The translations under genes and the position numbers were made by a program. From assembly GCA_964252035.1 (NCBI GenBank), contig OZ176201.1: a stretch of DNA of 64,000 nt; one strand, written 5' to 3'. Shown piece after piece: positions 1 through 13,621 of this stretch; position 1 is the first letter of the stretch; every line of letters starts with the position of its first letter. The notes under the pieces are model-generated. The model was not told where the DNA came from, did no database searches, and was given only the letters and a program-made list of their open reading frames with translations. This DNA is from Podarcis erhardii (Eukaryota).

Positions 1-290
1 TTTGTTACTAAGATTTTAATCAGAGGCTGCTCTTTGGGGCTCCTTGTCATCTGTGGTGAGGTTGTGGTTAACCTGTTAAAGGGCTTTCTCCACTGTTGTG
101 GCCCAACTTTGGAACGTCCCCCCTTGCCTTCTGCCTCTGAAGGTTTGCCTGGCACTGAATCTGAATTATTTGGTGTTGGTATAAAATATTTTAATTTCCC
201 AGGCCTTTTAGAGTGATCTTATGGGTGTTTGATATAGTTTTTAGGTTTTTGTTTTATTTTTGCCGCTTTGTTTTTGGTGGGCAGTGAAAA
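1..290 (+). mobile_element. L2-clade LINE 3' fragment
   Basis: Degenerate ORF2 C-terminus pattern (gttgtggcccaactttggaac..., ttcccaggcctttt, i.e. APxLWN..LF.QAF-like). Confidence 0.5.
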
Positions 291-460
291 CTAACTTTTT
301 TAAGTAACTTCTTTCTTTAGAGGTTTTAACTAATCAGATACATATCCATTTTTTGAAAATGAAGAATTATTAATAATATATCTAATTTTTCCCTCTCTGG
401 CTCTTTCTAAGCTCCTTTTCTTTTTCTCTTCTTGTACTGATTCACTTCCTACTCCTTAAG

Positions 461-631
461 GCCTTGGAATATCTTTTCAAGTTTATTGTGCAGTCTCGGA
501 TCCTTTACTCCAGAGCAACTTGTGGAATGGAGGAGGAACAGTTCAGAGCCAGCATCCAAGAGCTTTTCCAGTCAATCAGATTTGTGCTTAGTCTGGACAG
601 CAGGAGCTCAGAGACTCTCATCTTTACACAG
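461..631 (+). CDS. DOCK3: DOCK3 exon (armadillo region) ALEYLFKFIVQSRILY...ETLIFTQ
   Basis: AG 459-460, GT 632; 171 nt, phase 0-0. Confidence 0.95.
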
Positions 632-1546
632 GTTGGAAATATTCAGTGCTTCTGTTAACTCTGTGTGTGAAACAGGCAAATAGTTTGTGCGTGTGGGTGC
701 AGTTGTTGCAAGCTTTGCTCAGGTAATAGCCTTACTTGCAAATTGTACTGGAACCCTTTTATGAAGTAGATCTGCACCAGTTCAGAGATGGAGAGCTGCT
801 ACCTTGCATTAATGTATGTAGGGGCGAGCAGGCATTTTAATTCCCTTTGGTGTTTGATTTAATGCCTTGCTTGTAAGAAAGTTTCAGAATTGGCATGAAG
901 GAAGTGTAATCGATAATGACAAAAGCAGGAGTAGTTCAGACTGAAGCTTTTCGTTATAGTAACTGCTATTGGAAAGTTGTACATTGTATGATAATTATAA
1001 ACCCATAAAACCATCCTCTGTCTAAACATCGTTTGTCTATAATATTTGTTACATATTATTACTGAGCATCAGATTATTCTATCCTTGCTTTAAACTAGCA
1101 GCACATTACATAGTTCAGCTTCTTATGGTGTACTGCTAAATTGTTATGATCCGAGGCACTACATGTGTAGTAAACCTATTGTAACAAGTATCTGCATACT
1201 ATAGCAGGTGTAGCCTAGTGTACATATATCATTCATTCCTTAGGAGAGGGGTTATTTCAACAATGGGAAGGTGTTGTTTGCAGCTGCAGCAGTTTTGCTA
1301 GTTAACAACCAGCATTTGTAAAAATACTAATACAACAGAAATAACTATACAAAACAGTTGCCTTGCGGAATAATCTGTCATTTCATCACTTTTTTGAGAT
1401 TAATCGCATAGTTACTTTAACAATTTAACAACCATTAAAAAAAACAAACCATAGCATTAAGATATGCCTATTTTTTCTATTGGGTTTAAAATATTGTGGC
1501 TACGAAAAGTATAACCAAATTAATCACTGGCTATACCAGTACATTG

Positions 1547-1623
1547 AACAAGTATAGCAATACACACTATATGTTCTTAAATGCTAAACAAGTATAGCAA
1601 TACACACTATATGTTCTTAAATG
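1547..1623. repeat. Tandem duplication, period 40 bp, followed by (TA)n
   Basis: aacaagtatagcaatacacactatatgttcttaaatg at 1547 and 1587. Confidence 0.9.
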
Positions 1624-3357
1624 GGATATATATATATATATATATTCTACAGTCTTATATCAACTGTCCACTTTTTACCACATGTTGAGACATAATACTA
1701 GTCAAGTAGGTAATATTAATGTTTTGTCTTCAGCAAATATTTCTCTCTAGAAATACCACCAAGCTGTGATGGTTGTCACGGCAATAGTGCTCACAACTGA
1801 AACATTTGAGCAATGAAACAATGGCATGGTGGTCCTTAGGTTGTGAAATGACTTCTTCTCAGAGGTGCATATTGCACCATCATTGTACATTTTTCAGCAA
1901 TTGGTCAAGACACACCCCTTTTCCCAGACCTTTGTTTGAATCTATCTATGTTTTCCCTCCTCCTGCACTACGAATCTGTGCCACTGTTTTATTACTCTGA
2001 TATTGGCTGTCTTTGTAGTTTTCTATTATTTTAATTGTACTTATTTTAATTGTGTATTTCTGTAAGCTGCCCTGGGACCATTTGGCGAAGGGTGGGCTAT
2101 AAGTGAAAATGATGATGGAACTCTGTGAGAAAACACTTCTTGAGGATATTTGGTAACTCCCATTTTAGCCATGTGCTTGAATCACATGCTCATTAACACG
2201 ACCAAGACGAGTCTAATTGCTGTATATTTGTTATTTTATGCTTTGAAGCCATTAAGAAAGGACAACTCTTGATGGCGCTGGTCTCTGCCAACTCTGCCTT
2301 TTTCACCAGTTACACATTGATACGTGAGGAGGTTATATATTCATGAAACTTGACCTGTTTAAATACTTCAAAAGTTTACTTTTTTGTTTCCCACTTGCCA
2401 CTGTGTTGCCCTTTGACCCTAACTGCCCCATAGGCCCCTCAGCCTGGAGGACAGGTGAGCGGAGCAGGGACATGTACCCCACAAAAATGTGGTGGTACTT
2501 CAAGGCCGTCGTTTAATTCTGTAAGTAGTTATCCCCATATCCTGCACAATCTTTCATCATGGATGTACCCAGTGACTGTTGTCCCCCACCCAATCCATTT
2601 CCCTGCACTTAGAACTCAAATACACCGCACAGTTCAATGTTTGCAACTACCAGGTGGTTTTCACAGCACTGGAAATTTAACATAAAGGGCACTAAACTGT
2701 CTGCATGAATCAGCTTGATTGTGAGAACCAGTGATTAGAGAGAAGATAATGGTTCAGCTGTTATAGGTTACTGGACATCATCTCATGGTACAAAGAGTGT
2801 CTAATGGTGGCATGGGCATGAAAACTCATAATAACAAAAGTCATTATTGGAAGACCAGAAAAGTTGAATCTTGGTTATACTGTACTTTATTCTCAGTGAT
2901 AATTAAATATTAATTTAGTCACAAGAAACAGTAACAAAGGGGGAATCAATTTTGGACTGGACTCTCCCTCTCCCCCTGCATTATATTAAGATTTCGTTTG
3001 GTGTTGGAACCATACAGCAATGTGTTCTCTCTAATTACAGTTCTTCTGGTGCTCCAATTTCTGAATACATAAACCACTAAAGATAATGCCTTTTGCTCAT
3101 GAATATGAATTTGATTTTGCATACGTTATACTATATGCACTTAATAAGTCAAGGGATTGACTACTTCCTACAATATTTAGTTGTTATCTAGTTGTATTAT
3201 TTTGGTTATGTTTTTGCGTTTCTTCTGCATTTAGGTCATTTTGAAATAATAAATGGAACGAAAAATATTATGAAATGTTATAAATAATCAAAACCTTAGC
3301 AGAAGTCTGTGCCCATCTTTCAGCTCAACTTCCTTGAAATGTTTGAAATATTATGTA

Positions 3358-3562
3358 CAGTGGATGCTCGGGTTGCAAACCTGATTCATGCGGGATGCAC
3401 GTTTGCAACCCACGTCTGCACATGCGCGGGTTGCGATTTGGCGCTTCTGCGCATGCGCGACCGCCGAAACCCGGAAGTAACCCGTTCCAGTACTTCTGGG
3501 TTTTGGCGGTCCCCAACCCGAAAAGACAGAACCTGAAGTGGCTGTAACTCAAGGTATGACTG
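3358..3562. mobile_element. Tigger/pogo-like (Tc1-mariner) MITE
   Basis: TA flanks at 3356-3357 and 3563-3564; imperfect TIRs CAGTGGATGCTCGGGTTGCA and (reverse complement) CAGTCATACCTTGAGTTACA; CpG-rich interior. Confidence 0.75.
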
Positions 3563-4199
3563 TACATCCTTGTTAGTTAAACAAGCCAAAGTTGAGATGA
3601 GGGGAAAGTGAAAGTAAACACTGGCAAAGTCCTTTTCCTGTCTGTGTAGGAGGAGGGGAAGGAAGGGCTGGTATGTGCCAGCCTATGGCTTGAGTCAGAC
3701 TTTTAATTCATTTCTCCAAATTTGTAAACTGCCCTTCATCATGTCACCATGATCCTAGGATAGTTTCCAACAATACACAAATATAGAATGAGCAAAAATT
3801 ATAAACAAACTAGCAGCCTTGTACCTGGCATCGCTTGAAAATCTTAAGAAACCAACAAATCAGTGCAGTTTTGAAAGGGTCAGTGTGCCATCTTGTTTAA
3901 AATGATATGCAGACCAAAGGCTTTGCCTTGGGTCTCAGAAACCATCATGCAAAATATGGTTATCATATATTAAGAGGTGTCCAAATGCATAGTAAGCAAA
4001 CAACTTTGCAAAATAGCAGATGTTAGAAAAGCCTAATGAATAAAATAGTATTAGAACAGCAGCATGAGACCATACAACTAGTAGTTTGGCTACTAGTGTG
4101 AGTTAACTTCAAAAGACCAGGAGAGGAAAAATGTTTTTACCTTCCAAGAGCCCATTAGAGTTCTAGGTGATTAAGAGCTTTCAGTACTAATACTAAAAC

Positions 4200-4480
4200 A
4201 CTGAATTAGACCAGTAGAATATAGGCAGCCAGCGCAGATCCTACAAAATTGGGATTATATGACTGTGTACAGAAGTACCAGCCCACAATCAAATGGAATA
4301 AATTTTCACTAGCTGCAGCCTCCAGAGTGTCTTCAAAGGAAGCACAATGTACATTGCAGTAGTCTAAACATGAGATTAGAAGAGCTTGGATCCCCATGGC
4401 AAGGCTTTCCCAATTTAGAAATGGTTTGTTGCTGCGACACCAGCTGAAGCTTGCAGCAGGGAGCCCTTGCCTCAAATGAC
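4200..4480 (-). mobile_element. L2 LINE fragment (degenerate)
   Basis: Minus-strand translation QALLISCLDYCN, typical of L2 ORF2. Confidence 0.6.
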
Positions 4481-7220
4481 GAGTACCTGCGGACTTTTGA
4501 TCTGTTCCTTCAGGGGGTGTGCAACTCTATTTAGACCAGGAGTGCCTTCATCTTGGCAGGATTTAGCTTCAGATTGTTCTCTTATTTTAACAATATAATT
4601 TGTGAATGTATTGTAGGACCCTTATACATTCCAAGGTATAAGAAATTATAGAATAAAATGATTATTCAGATAAGGATGTAGGATGCAAGGTGAAATGGAA
4701 ATTTGCATTTATTTATCTTCATTCCATTTTGAATAACCTTAGACAATTGTTCTTGGATTACATAATATTGATTCCTTTTTAATTTCCATAATTGCTTTTT
4801 CACGTGTGTATAACAGAGAAATGTATTATATATGAAAATAAACATTAAAGTGGGGTTGGATCAGTAGGCTTGGAACAGGTCATTATTTCTCAAACTAACT
4901 TTATTTCACAGGGTTGTCGTAGGTCTGTAAGTGATGGTGCTCTGAGCCCTTTGGCAGAAGGGCTGGGTACACATTAAAAAAACTAGGACTGTCAACTAAT
5001 TAAAGAACTGTTCATCAAATGAATGATTGCCTTAACTGATTCATTCATTAATTTAATTGAATGTATTAAATAAATATGTATATTATTTTACCTAAATATA
5101 ACCTTTTTCAGAGAACTTAAAATTATTGAAATAAAATGCCATCATTGATATTTTCTTCTAATTCTCTGTTATACCAATATGCCACTATTAAAATGGCCTC
5201 AACAAATAAAAAGTATGTCCTTAACTTCCTCCCTCAGTGATTATTAGTTGATTAAGCTGCAGAGTAAAGATGTGTTTATTCAATCTAGTGACTGAACAAA
5301 ATATAGCTTGCAGCAGCAAATAAATAAATGTGATCCCCTGACTGCTGTTCTTTGAGAAGAAGTAATTTATAATTGAGGAATGGTTGTGTATCCTGTATAC
5401 ACTTATGTCTTTTGTCATTCTTGATGGGTTTTACAAAGTCCTGCAAAGTCTGTGAACAGAGAAAGTATCCTTGTTCATACATAATGTTAAGCCAAACTGT
5501 AGCTTATCTCAGAGGAGCAAGCTTCCAGAGAGAATATTGCAACCACTTTGCTCCTCCCTGATCATATTGCTTCTGTACTTCACTGAGCTAAACTGTAGTT
5601 TGGTTTAATATGTCATCTGGACCCAGGCACATGGTTTATCTCTCTCTGAGACATGAACTGCAGCTCAGCACAGAAGCAAAATGATCAGGGAGGAGCAAAA
5701 TGACCGTGATCACCTCTCCAGGGGTCTGCACATTTGGACATTCATGTTAAGCCATGTTGGCTGGAGGGTTAAGAACAAGCATTCTGGAGAGATTTGACCC
5801 TCTTCTGTTTCCTTTTCAACTTATTTTCTTTACCAATCTCCTTGTTTTTAAGAAGATTCCTTTTTTGAATCCAGATGTGACTATGTTGGACTTCTTTAGC
5901 AATTGTACACAGAGAGAGAGAGAGTTTCATGAGCAAGGGCACCTCATTTAGAGTATCTAGGCATCAGTGGTGTGTAGTCAGTGGACTAGGGGGACTAGGA
6001 TAGTCCCCTAAATGTTCCCATTTGGGAAGGAGGGATGTTCCCACTTCCCAAAGCTCAGGAAGCTTCTGCCTAGCTCCGGGAAGAAGGTACAATGCTTTTT
6101 TGGAACATCATCCTTTGAGAACACCTCCTGTCGCCCCGTTCTACCGGCTGCCCAAAAATCTTCTAGATCTCAATAGCCACAGGCGAAAATAATCCTTTTA
6201 TCACCTCCATGGATCACAGATGTGCTCAGACTTCATAGCATTGTAGTTTAAGCACAGGTTTGTTGGTAGATAAAGAAGCAGGGCTGAATTCTTAAATGAG
6301 AGGTACTTGGAATCTGTCCTGCCTGCAGACCATGCCTACCTATCTAAAACTCAGATCTCGGAATCCGTGCTGTATGCGGATTTGGTGTCTATGATGTGTA
6401 GACACCATCTTTCAGCCTCCCAAGGTTTTTCTCCTTGTGCAAGGATTCAAAGACCGACAGGCATACAGAAATTGCAGGAGGTCATATGACAGCAATTTTA
6501 TTAGATGCCAGATTTGGATGAGCACCAGAAATTTGTTTGTTTCTAGTGGAGGAGAACTGCAGCAATAACTTTGAAGAGAATTTAGTCTTGTAAAGAGGAA
6601 ATTCAATAATACATTGGGTTGAGTGAAATAAAACAAGTGGATAGTAAAAGGACGGAAGAAAGGAAAGTACTGAAGTTCACACAGAAAATGAAAGAAAGAC
6701 TGGGGTAAAAGAATGTATAACTGACATTTAGAAGTGGGAAATACTGGAAACTGGGTTTACATTATTATTTTGGTAATTAAAGGGCAATGTGTTGGATTTA
6801 CTTACTAACTGCATTGGTGAATGAAAGAGGAAAAGTTCTCAGGACAAATGCTGGATCAGTGTTTCTCAAAGCATGGGGCACTACTGGACTTCATTACATT
6901 TTCATTTGGCCCTCAGCCCTGCGGCCCATTCCTCACTCATCCATCCCACTTCCCGGCTGTACTGTAGCTGTTTGGTTGGACTCCCACCCCCATCCTTTTT
7001 CCTCCCTCTCTGGCCTCTTGCCAAGCCAATGAAGCCTCTTCTGACAGATTCAGTAGTGATGGTTGCCTGTTCTGCCTAAGAAGAGCAAACTGACATTGGG
7101 CAGCACTGGCGGAAGCAGGAAGAGAATGTGGCACAGAATAAAGGTGGACTGGGAGACAGAGGTTGGTGGGAGAAGGGAGAAAGAATGCTGGGGACATTGG
7201 GAAAAAATAGAAAGTTGGTT

Positions 7221-7423
7221 AATGGACAGTATCCAACTAACTTAGGTCGGTGCATATTTCCAGTTGCACAATGGAACTTCTCTCCCCATGCGCATCCCAC
7301 ATTCTCCTCAAATCTGCTCCAAAAGGTAGGAGGGAATGCAGGAAGGGGAGAAGAGAGGGAAGTTCCATTTTGCAAGTGGAAAATCTTGTACTGATGGAAC
7401 AAGTTAGTTGGATATTGCCCATT
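7221..7423. mobile_element. Palindromic MITE-like element
   Basis: Inverted ends aatggacagtatccaactaactt / aagttagttggatattgcccatt, plus inner inverted arms (aatggaacttc / gaagttccatt); related copies near 15440-15600 and 43378-43657. Confidence 0.55.
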
Positions 7424-8114
7424 CTATCTTATCACTCCTGTGGGTGTATTTCATGAACAGAATTCTACTCGAGGGGATTCTATATCCATGTGATTGTTTT
7501 GTCTTATTCGGAGATCTTGCAGCCATTTAAGAGACAAGAGTACAAATTGAAAATACTGCATTGCCATAGAAGTATTTTCAGTGCCTGTTATTTGCATGAT
7601 TGGACATATATGCCACATAAACATGCTCTCTTCTTGAACCCAAAGAGAGAGAAAAAAACCCCGTGAAATAATGTGTTGCAGCTAAGTTACAGTTTGTATA
7701 CCTTTCAATAAACTTCTGGGGGGAATTGAAGTGTCTCCATGGTCTCTATCAAAGCATAAATCCAAGATGAAATTAGCAAATTCATAAAAACATAGATTTC
7801 TTAATGTGCATTCTGAAAACATCCAGAAACAGGTGGAGCAATCTGGCAGTCTTTCATTTCCTTCCTCTTACCATAGTTGGAGATGCTGTACCCATATGAT
7901 CATGCACTACTATATCCAGACTTCCAGAAGATAACTTGATTTAATGTGCCAGATATACTTATGTCCTAGAAACAACAATGCTATATAGAGATGGAGCCTT
8001 AGTGTGGATTTCATGCTTTACCTTCAAATACGTAGCTTCATTTGTATTCCCTAAAACCCATGATGTTTTATATCTGTGCATTAAAGGTCTCATATTTCTT
8101 CATTTTCTTTTTAG

Positions 8115-8307
8115 GCTGCTCTGTTAAATTCCTTCCCTGCAATATTCGACGAGCTTTTGCAGATGTTCACAGTACAGGAAGTAGCAGAGTTTGTGCGAGG
8201 AACTCTTGGGAGTATGCCCAGTACAGTGCATATTGGACAATCTATGGATGTCGTTAAATTGCAGTCTATAGCTCGTACTGTAGATAGTCGCTTGTTTTCT
8301 TTCTCGG
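8115..8307 (+). CDS. DOCK3: DOCK3 exon AALLNSFPAIFDELLQMF...DSRLFSFS
   Basis: ttttag|GCT, G|gtaaga; 193 nt, phase 0-1. Confidence 0.95.
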
Positions 8308-8512
8308 GTAAGAGAGCGTTATTCATTTGAATCCATTTACATCTAATAATCTAATTCATTACATATTAATGCAACTAAATGTGGACAAAAACTAGAATTG
8401 GTTCACAGCTGCTGGTTTTAACCTTTAAAGCCCTATATGGCCTAGGACCCTCATACTTGCAGGACTGCCTCTCCTGGTATGCCCCGCATAATTATTATTA
8501 AGCCATCTCAGA

Positions 8513-8920
8513 TATATTTATTTATTTATTTATTTATTTATACCCCACCCATCTGGGTGGCTTCCAACAAAGATTAAAAATACATTAAAACATCAGTCAT
8601 TAAAAACTTCCCTAAACAGGGCTGCCTTCAGATGTCTTCTAAACATCAGATAGTTGTTTATCTCTTTGACATCTGATGGGAGGGCATTCCACAGGGCGGA
8701 TGCCACTACCAAGAAGGCCCTCTGCCTGGTTCCCTGTAACCTTGCTTCTCTCAGGGAGGGAACCGCCAGAAGGCCCTCGGCGCTGGATCTCAGTGTCTGG
8801 TCAGAACGATGGGGGTGGAGATGCTCCTTCACATCTACTGGGCCAAGGCTGTTTAGGGCTTTAAAGGTCAACACCAACACTTTGAATTGTGCTCGGAAAC
8901 ATACTGGGAGCCACTGTAGC
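8513..8920 (-). mobile_element. L2 LINE 3' end with (TAAA)n tail
   Basis: Minus ORF WLPVCFRAQFKVLVLTFKALNSLGP...RAFLVVASALWNALP...FRRHLKAALF, which is the L2 ORF2 C-terminus; tail at 8513-8541. Confidence 0.85.
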
Positions 8921-9546
8921 AAAAGATTGTAAAACATTTTACACACTAGACATTCTATACACTTGTCAGTGTTGTACAGAAGATATCAGTTGACTTGCCA
9001 ATGCTCATGTTCAAATAAGTAGGTGACAGAGGAATGTTATTATTAAGGTATGTATTGGTTTGTCCCAGCTAACCTGAATTAGTTCACCCAGTATGTTTTG
9101 ACTTCGTGTGCAGCCAGTGTGCCATTTCTATTTAAGGTCTAGTAGACAGTTGCCAGTGCCATCTATTACTCCATTCCTGTATGAACCAACATTAAACACC
9201 AGCAGGTTATTGCCACTAGTAAATTGACAATTCACACGTGGTTTTAATCCTATTCACTGCAATGGAAATTATGCATGTCTTTTGTAACACTGTGTAAATT
9301 AATTCTTTGTTTCGAATTAGAATTTTAGTAAAAAATGGATTCCACTCAAACTTTGTTTCCTGGCAGTCCCTAATTAAGCTGGCATGCTGTTTATAAAGGG
9401 GCCAATTAAGTGAATTTTATTGTGTCTATTATTAATGCTAGCTTTTTCATTTTTACATGCATGCCTTTGAATAACAATGAGGCTTCTTATACCAGTAGCT
9501 GAAACGCTCTCATAAGAAAATGTTGCCTTTTGTTTCCCACTTCTAG

Positions 9547-9674
9547 AATCCCGGCGCATCTTGTTACCAGTGGTTCTTCATCATATTCATCTTCACCTTA
9601 GACAGCAAAAAGAATTGCTTATCTGCTCTGGAATCCTCAGTAGTATCTTCTCCATCATCAAAACTAGTTCTGTG
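9547..9674 (+). CDS. DOCK3: DOCK3 exon (E)SRRILLPVVLHHIHLHLRQQKELLICSGILSSIFSIIKTSSV
   Basis: ttctag|AA, GTG|gtaaat; 128 nt, phase 1-0. Confidence 0.95.
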
Positions 9675-10459
9675 GTAAATTATATGCCTGCCTTTGTATT
9701 ACACTCCTAAGAATTTGAACTATGAATTGTATACAGCTATTTGTGGCCTACTTTCCACAGGTGTATACTGAATTTTGGGACATGTCGAGCAGGAATTTGC
9801 CATGTAATTATTACCTGTGAGGACTGTGCATATGCAGTACAACACAGTAGCAACGGTGAAACTGTAGATTTGTATGGTTGTATCATCAGTGCTTTTGTTA
9901 TCATTGAAAAGAAAATTTGATCCTTTAAAAGATTTCCCAAAGCTACAATCCTATGCACAATTACCAGGGAATAGTCCCATTGAACAAAGTAGGATTGTGC
10001 TGCTACTTTAGCAGAATCATGAAATTGCTAAGATTTTATGTTGGTGATACACAGCATTCAGACTACATTATGCCCTAGACATTCATTCTACTAAGTCCCT
10101 GCATTAGTTCCAAAATTGTCCATGAAAATGTTGGGTTCAGTTTGTGTACTCAGTTTTACAGGATCAAACAGATAACAATTAATGGCAATTATAAAATGAT
10201 TATTCCAAAATTATTCAGTTAATGTAGTGATTGTCATTTTAAGAAAGAAAATCTTCTTTGAGTTATACATTTCGGAAATTAGTTTGGATACAAACTCTTA
10301 AGAGCGGAAGGATCTATATTAAGCAACTTTTACAGATTCAACTGGACCATCTTAGATATTAATGTGTGGGCAGCATTTTCGACCCACTGAATACCTTCGG
10401 CATACCATTTCCATTCCATAGGATGATAACTGTCTGCTTTTTTTAACTGCTTACTGTAG

Positions 10460-10606
10460 GAGACAGATGTCATTGAGGAGGTAGAAATGATGGTGGAGAG
10501 CCTCCTGGATGTACTTTTACAAACTTTACTTACTATCATGAGTAAATCACAATCTCAGGAGGCGGTAAGAGGACAACGTTGCCCACAGTGCACAGCTGAA
10601 ATCACT
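10460..10606 (+). CDS. DOCK3: DOCK3 exon ETDVIEEVEMMVESLLDVLLQTLLTIMSKSQSQEAVRGQRCPQCTAEIT (alternative donor at 10565)
   Basis: tgtag|GAG, ACT|gttagt; 147 nt, phase 0-0. Confidence 0.92.
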
Positions 10607-11461
10607 GTTAGTAACTAACAATCAGGTTCTATTTCCTGCTTATCTAACCTTCTCCCTTTCCCTCAACACAGCATTTCACCTTATTCCACCTTTCCTGCAT
10701 GAACTTTTACCTACTTCAAAACTGAAAACCTTGCCCTTCATTCCAGTGGTAAAGTTAAGCACAGCCACCATTGTGCCGCTCATTTACTTAGCTACTCAAA
10801 GGAGCATAAATTATATTGTGAATTAGTTGCTAGTCATTGGCTGCCATAATTGAAAGTTATCAGTGGGCACCATAATAAAATGCTAAGTAATTCCTCACTG
10901 AAGGATACAATTATTCTATTTATCTGTGGAAAGCTTTCATACAATTTGTCCTGTTTTTTCCAATTAGTCAAAATTATGAATCTTTATAGAGGAGAAAATG
11001 ATATTACATCACATGCTGAGAAGGCTATAGAAAGCACCAGAGCCATCTAGGGAGAATTGCAAAATATTTGAGGCTGGATTATTTAAATTCTGCGTGGGGG
11101 TGGCAGGGAGAAATTATATTCCTTTTTTTCCCTTTTCCACTGAAAAGAGACAAATCAAATTCTTACCCTCACTTTATCCATCCTGAATTTATTGGGCTAA
11201 ATAATTTCTTATGTTGTTTTTTAATTGATATTATGCCTCTTCAACAAAATAGACTACTCAGTATGAATTTACCAAATATAAATATTAATTTGAAATGATC
11301 AAGACAAGTACTTTAAAATCCATACACATGTGCTTTGCTTTCACAAGTATTGAAACATTTTCACCCCTTACTCCTTTTCCCTCTACCCCAAATGTATTTT
11401 TTGTTATATGAATTGAACATGTGATCATTCTAATAAAATAATTCTTCATTGGGATTGGCAG

Positions 11462-11560
11462 GGGGAATATGTGTCCTGTCTTTTGTCTCTACTTCGTCAG
11501 ATGTCTGACACTCATTTCCAACATTTACTGGAGAATTTCCAAAGCAAGGATGAATTAAAG
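11462..11560 (+). CDS. DOCK3: DOCK3 exon GEYVSCLLSLLRQMSDTHFQHLLENFQSKDELK
   Basis: ggcag|GGG, AAG|gtaagc; 99 nt. Confidence 0.95.
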
Positions 11561-11680
11561 GTAAGCTAAGAACCAACCCTAATCATATATATTTTACCAA
11601 TAGAGCTGATGAAAAATAGCAGCAGTGGACTATATCACAAGTTTTCAGAATGATTTTCAATATTTATCTGTTGCATATTA

Positions 11681-12044
11681 AGTGGTGCTGTGGTCTAAAC
11701 CACTGAGCCTATTGGGCTTGCGGATCATAAGGTTGGCATTTCGAACCCGTGCAGTGGGGTGAGCTTCCATTGCCCTGTCCCTGTTTTTGCCAACTGAGCA
11801 GTTTGAAAGCACACCATTGCAAATAGATGAAAAGGTACCGCAGCAGTGGAAAGGTAAACAGCATTTCCATGCGCTCTGGCTTCTGTCACAGTGTTCGTTG
11901 AGCCAGAAGCAGTTTAGTCATGCTGGCTGCATGACCCAGAAAGCTGTCTGTGGACAAACACCGGCTTCCTTGGCCTGAAAGCTAGATGAGTGCCACACCC
12001 CATAGTCGCCTTTGACTGGACTTAACCGTCCAGGGGTCCTTTAC
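11681..12044 (+). mobile_element. Sauria SINE (Squam1-type)
   Basis: tRNA-like head (gtggtgctgtggtctaaaccactgagcct...ttcgaacc), body aaggtaaacagcatttcc...gctagatgagtgcc, 3' end gactggacttaaccgtccaggggtcctttac. Confidence 0.8.
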
Positions 12045-13271
12045 ACAAACTGTAGCTTCAAAATTCATGTATGCAGTTTTCAGGCGCAATTGCAATTGCA
12101 AAATGCCTGGCTTTCAACATATTTGCAAGTTAGGTGTGCTGAGACATTTCCCCCTCTGCTTTGATCTTCTTGCCGCAAATTCTTTTGCAGAGGAAGGAGC
12201 TGCAATTTCACACTTTGCCTAGCACCAGATTCCCTTCCCCTGCAGAAGTGAAGACTGGGTGGGTGCTCAGAGGGCCAGTTGAAATCTGGTTGCAACAGCA
12301 TCCAGCTTGTTGGGTGGGGTTATCTTACCTCTGACATACATGAAACAAGTTGGGGAAAGTCTCTGGACATTTGGAATATGATGCCATCAATATAGCAATG
12401 ATACCCAACACTGTCTCCTGTTCAGGGAGGCTGTGCAGGTTCTGAATCTATTCCTGAGAATAGTAATAGATTAGATGTGAACTAACAATTTGAAATGTAG
12501 TTTCTCACTTTTAGAAACTAAAAAAGAGGGATTTTAGTTTTTCTGTTTTTTCTTTTTGTTTTATGTTAAATGTTTGCATTTCTGTATTTTTGTATTTTTG
12601 TGTTTTTGTATTCTTCTTGTGTTTTTTCTTTTATATATCGTTTTATAACTTTTTTACTGTTAAAATGCAATAAAATATTATTTTTAAAAAATGAAATGTA
12701 ATATCGACAAGAGACAATTGCTTCTGATAAGTAGAATGATGAACTCAGTGATAGAGATGTGGCTTGTTTTTAGAAGAGGTTACTATTTCCTTGAAAATTA
12801 GGTTAGCAATAAATGAATCCTCCTGGATTCTGGGGTGGTGGCTGTGGCCAGGCATGTTTCTGGAGAAGGAAAGCACTGAACATGGTACAAAAACCATAGT
12901 TGAATCAAGGTTGAATTACTCCTGCACACTCTGCAAGGGGCCTTTGAAAATTATCAGAAACTGCAGCTGGTAAAAAGAAAAGGAAAAAAGCTAAAGTTTT
13001 GACTTGAATTTGTTTTTAGCATGTGGCTCCTCTTTTATATCGGCTTCACTGATTATGAATCTAGATTCAAAGTGCTAGTTGTTACTTTTTAAGACCTAAA
13101 TGGTTTAGAACGAGAATACCTGAAGGACTATCCTGCACAGGAATATTGTGACACAGGCACATCAGGTGGCCGTCCTCTCCTATATGGGTAGCAGTGTTGT
13201 AGTAGTCAACCAAAAAAGATAGAATTACAGTAAATAGAAGAATTGTTTGCCTACAATTCTGCCACTGATTA

Positions 13272-13621
13272 CCGTATTTTTCCATATATGATGACCTTTT
13301 TCTGATATTTTTTGTGATGAACTGAGGGTCGTCTGATACATGGGTTAATATGCTAAGTAAGTGAGGGCTGGTGCTGTGGCAGTAGCAGGAAAATGTCAGA
13401 GGGGAGGCTGCTTACCTGCTCTTCCTGGCTTAGGAAGAGTATTTGGTGAGTGCCAGTATGCAGTGTATTACGGCACCAGTTCCGTCAACCAGAGCGGGGG
13501 ATCGTAGAAAAGCTGCTCAATGACTCAGCAAACTTACAAAAAAAGCTCAACAACTGTTGAGGGCTTCCAAAAATAGGGGTTGTCTTATACAAGGCGTCAT
13601 GTTATACATGGAAAAATACGG
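13272..13621. mobile_element. Tc2/Kanga-like (pogo) MITE
   Basis: TIRs CCGTATTTTTCCAT / ATGGAAAAATACGG; TA on the left flank. Confidence 0.8.
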
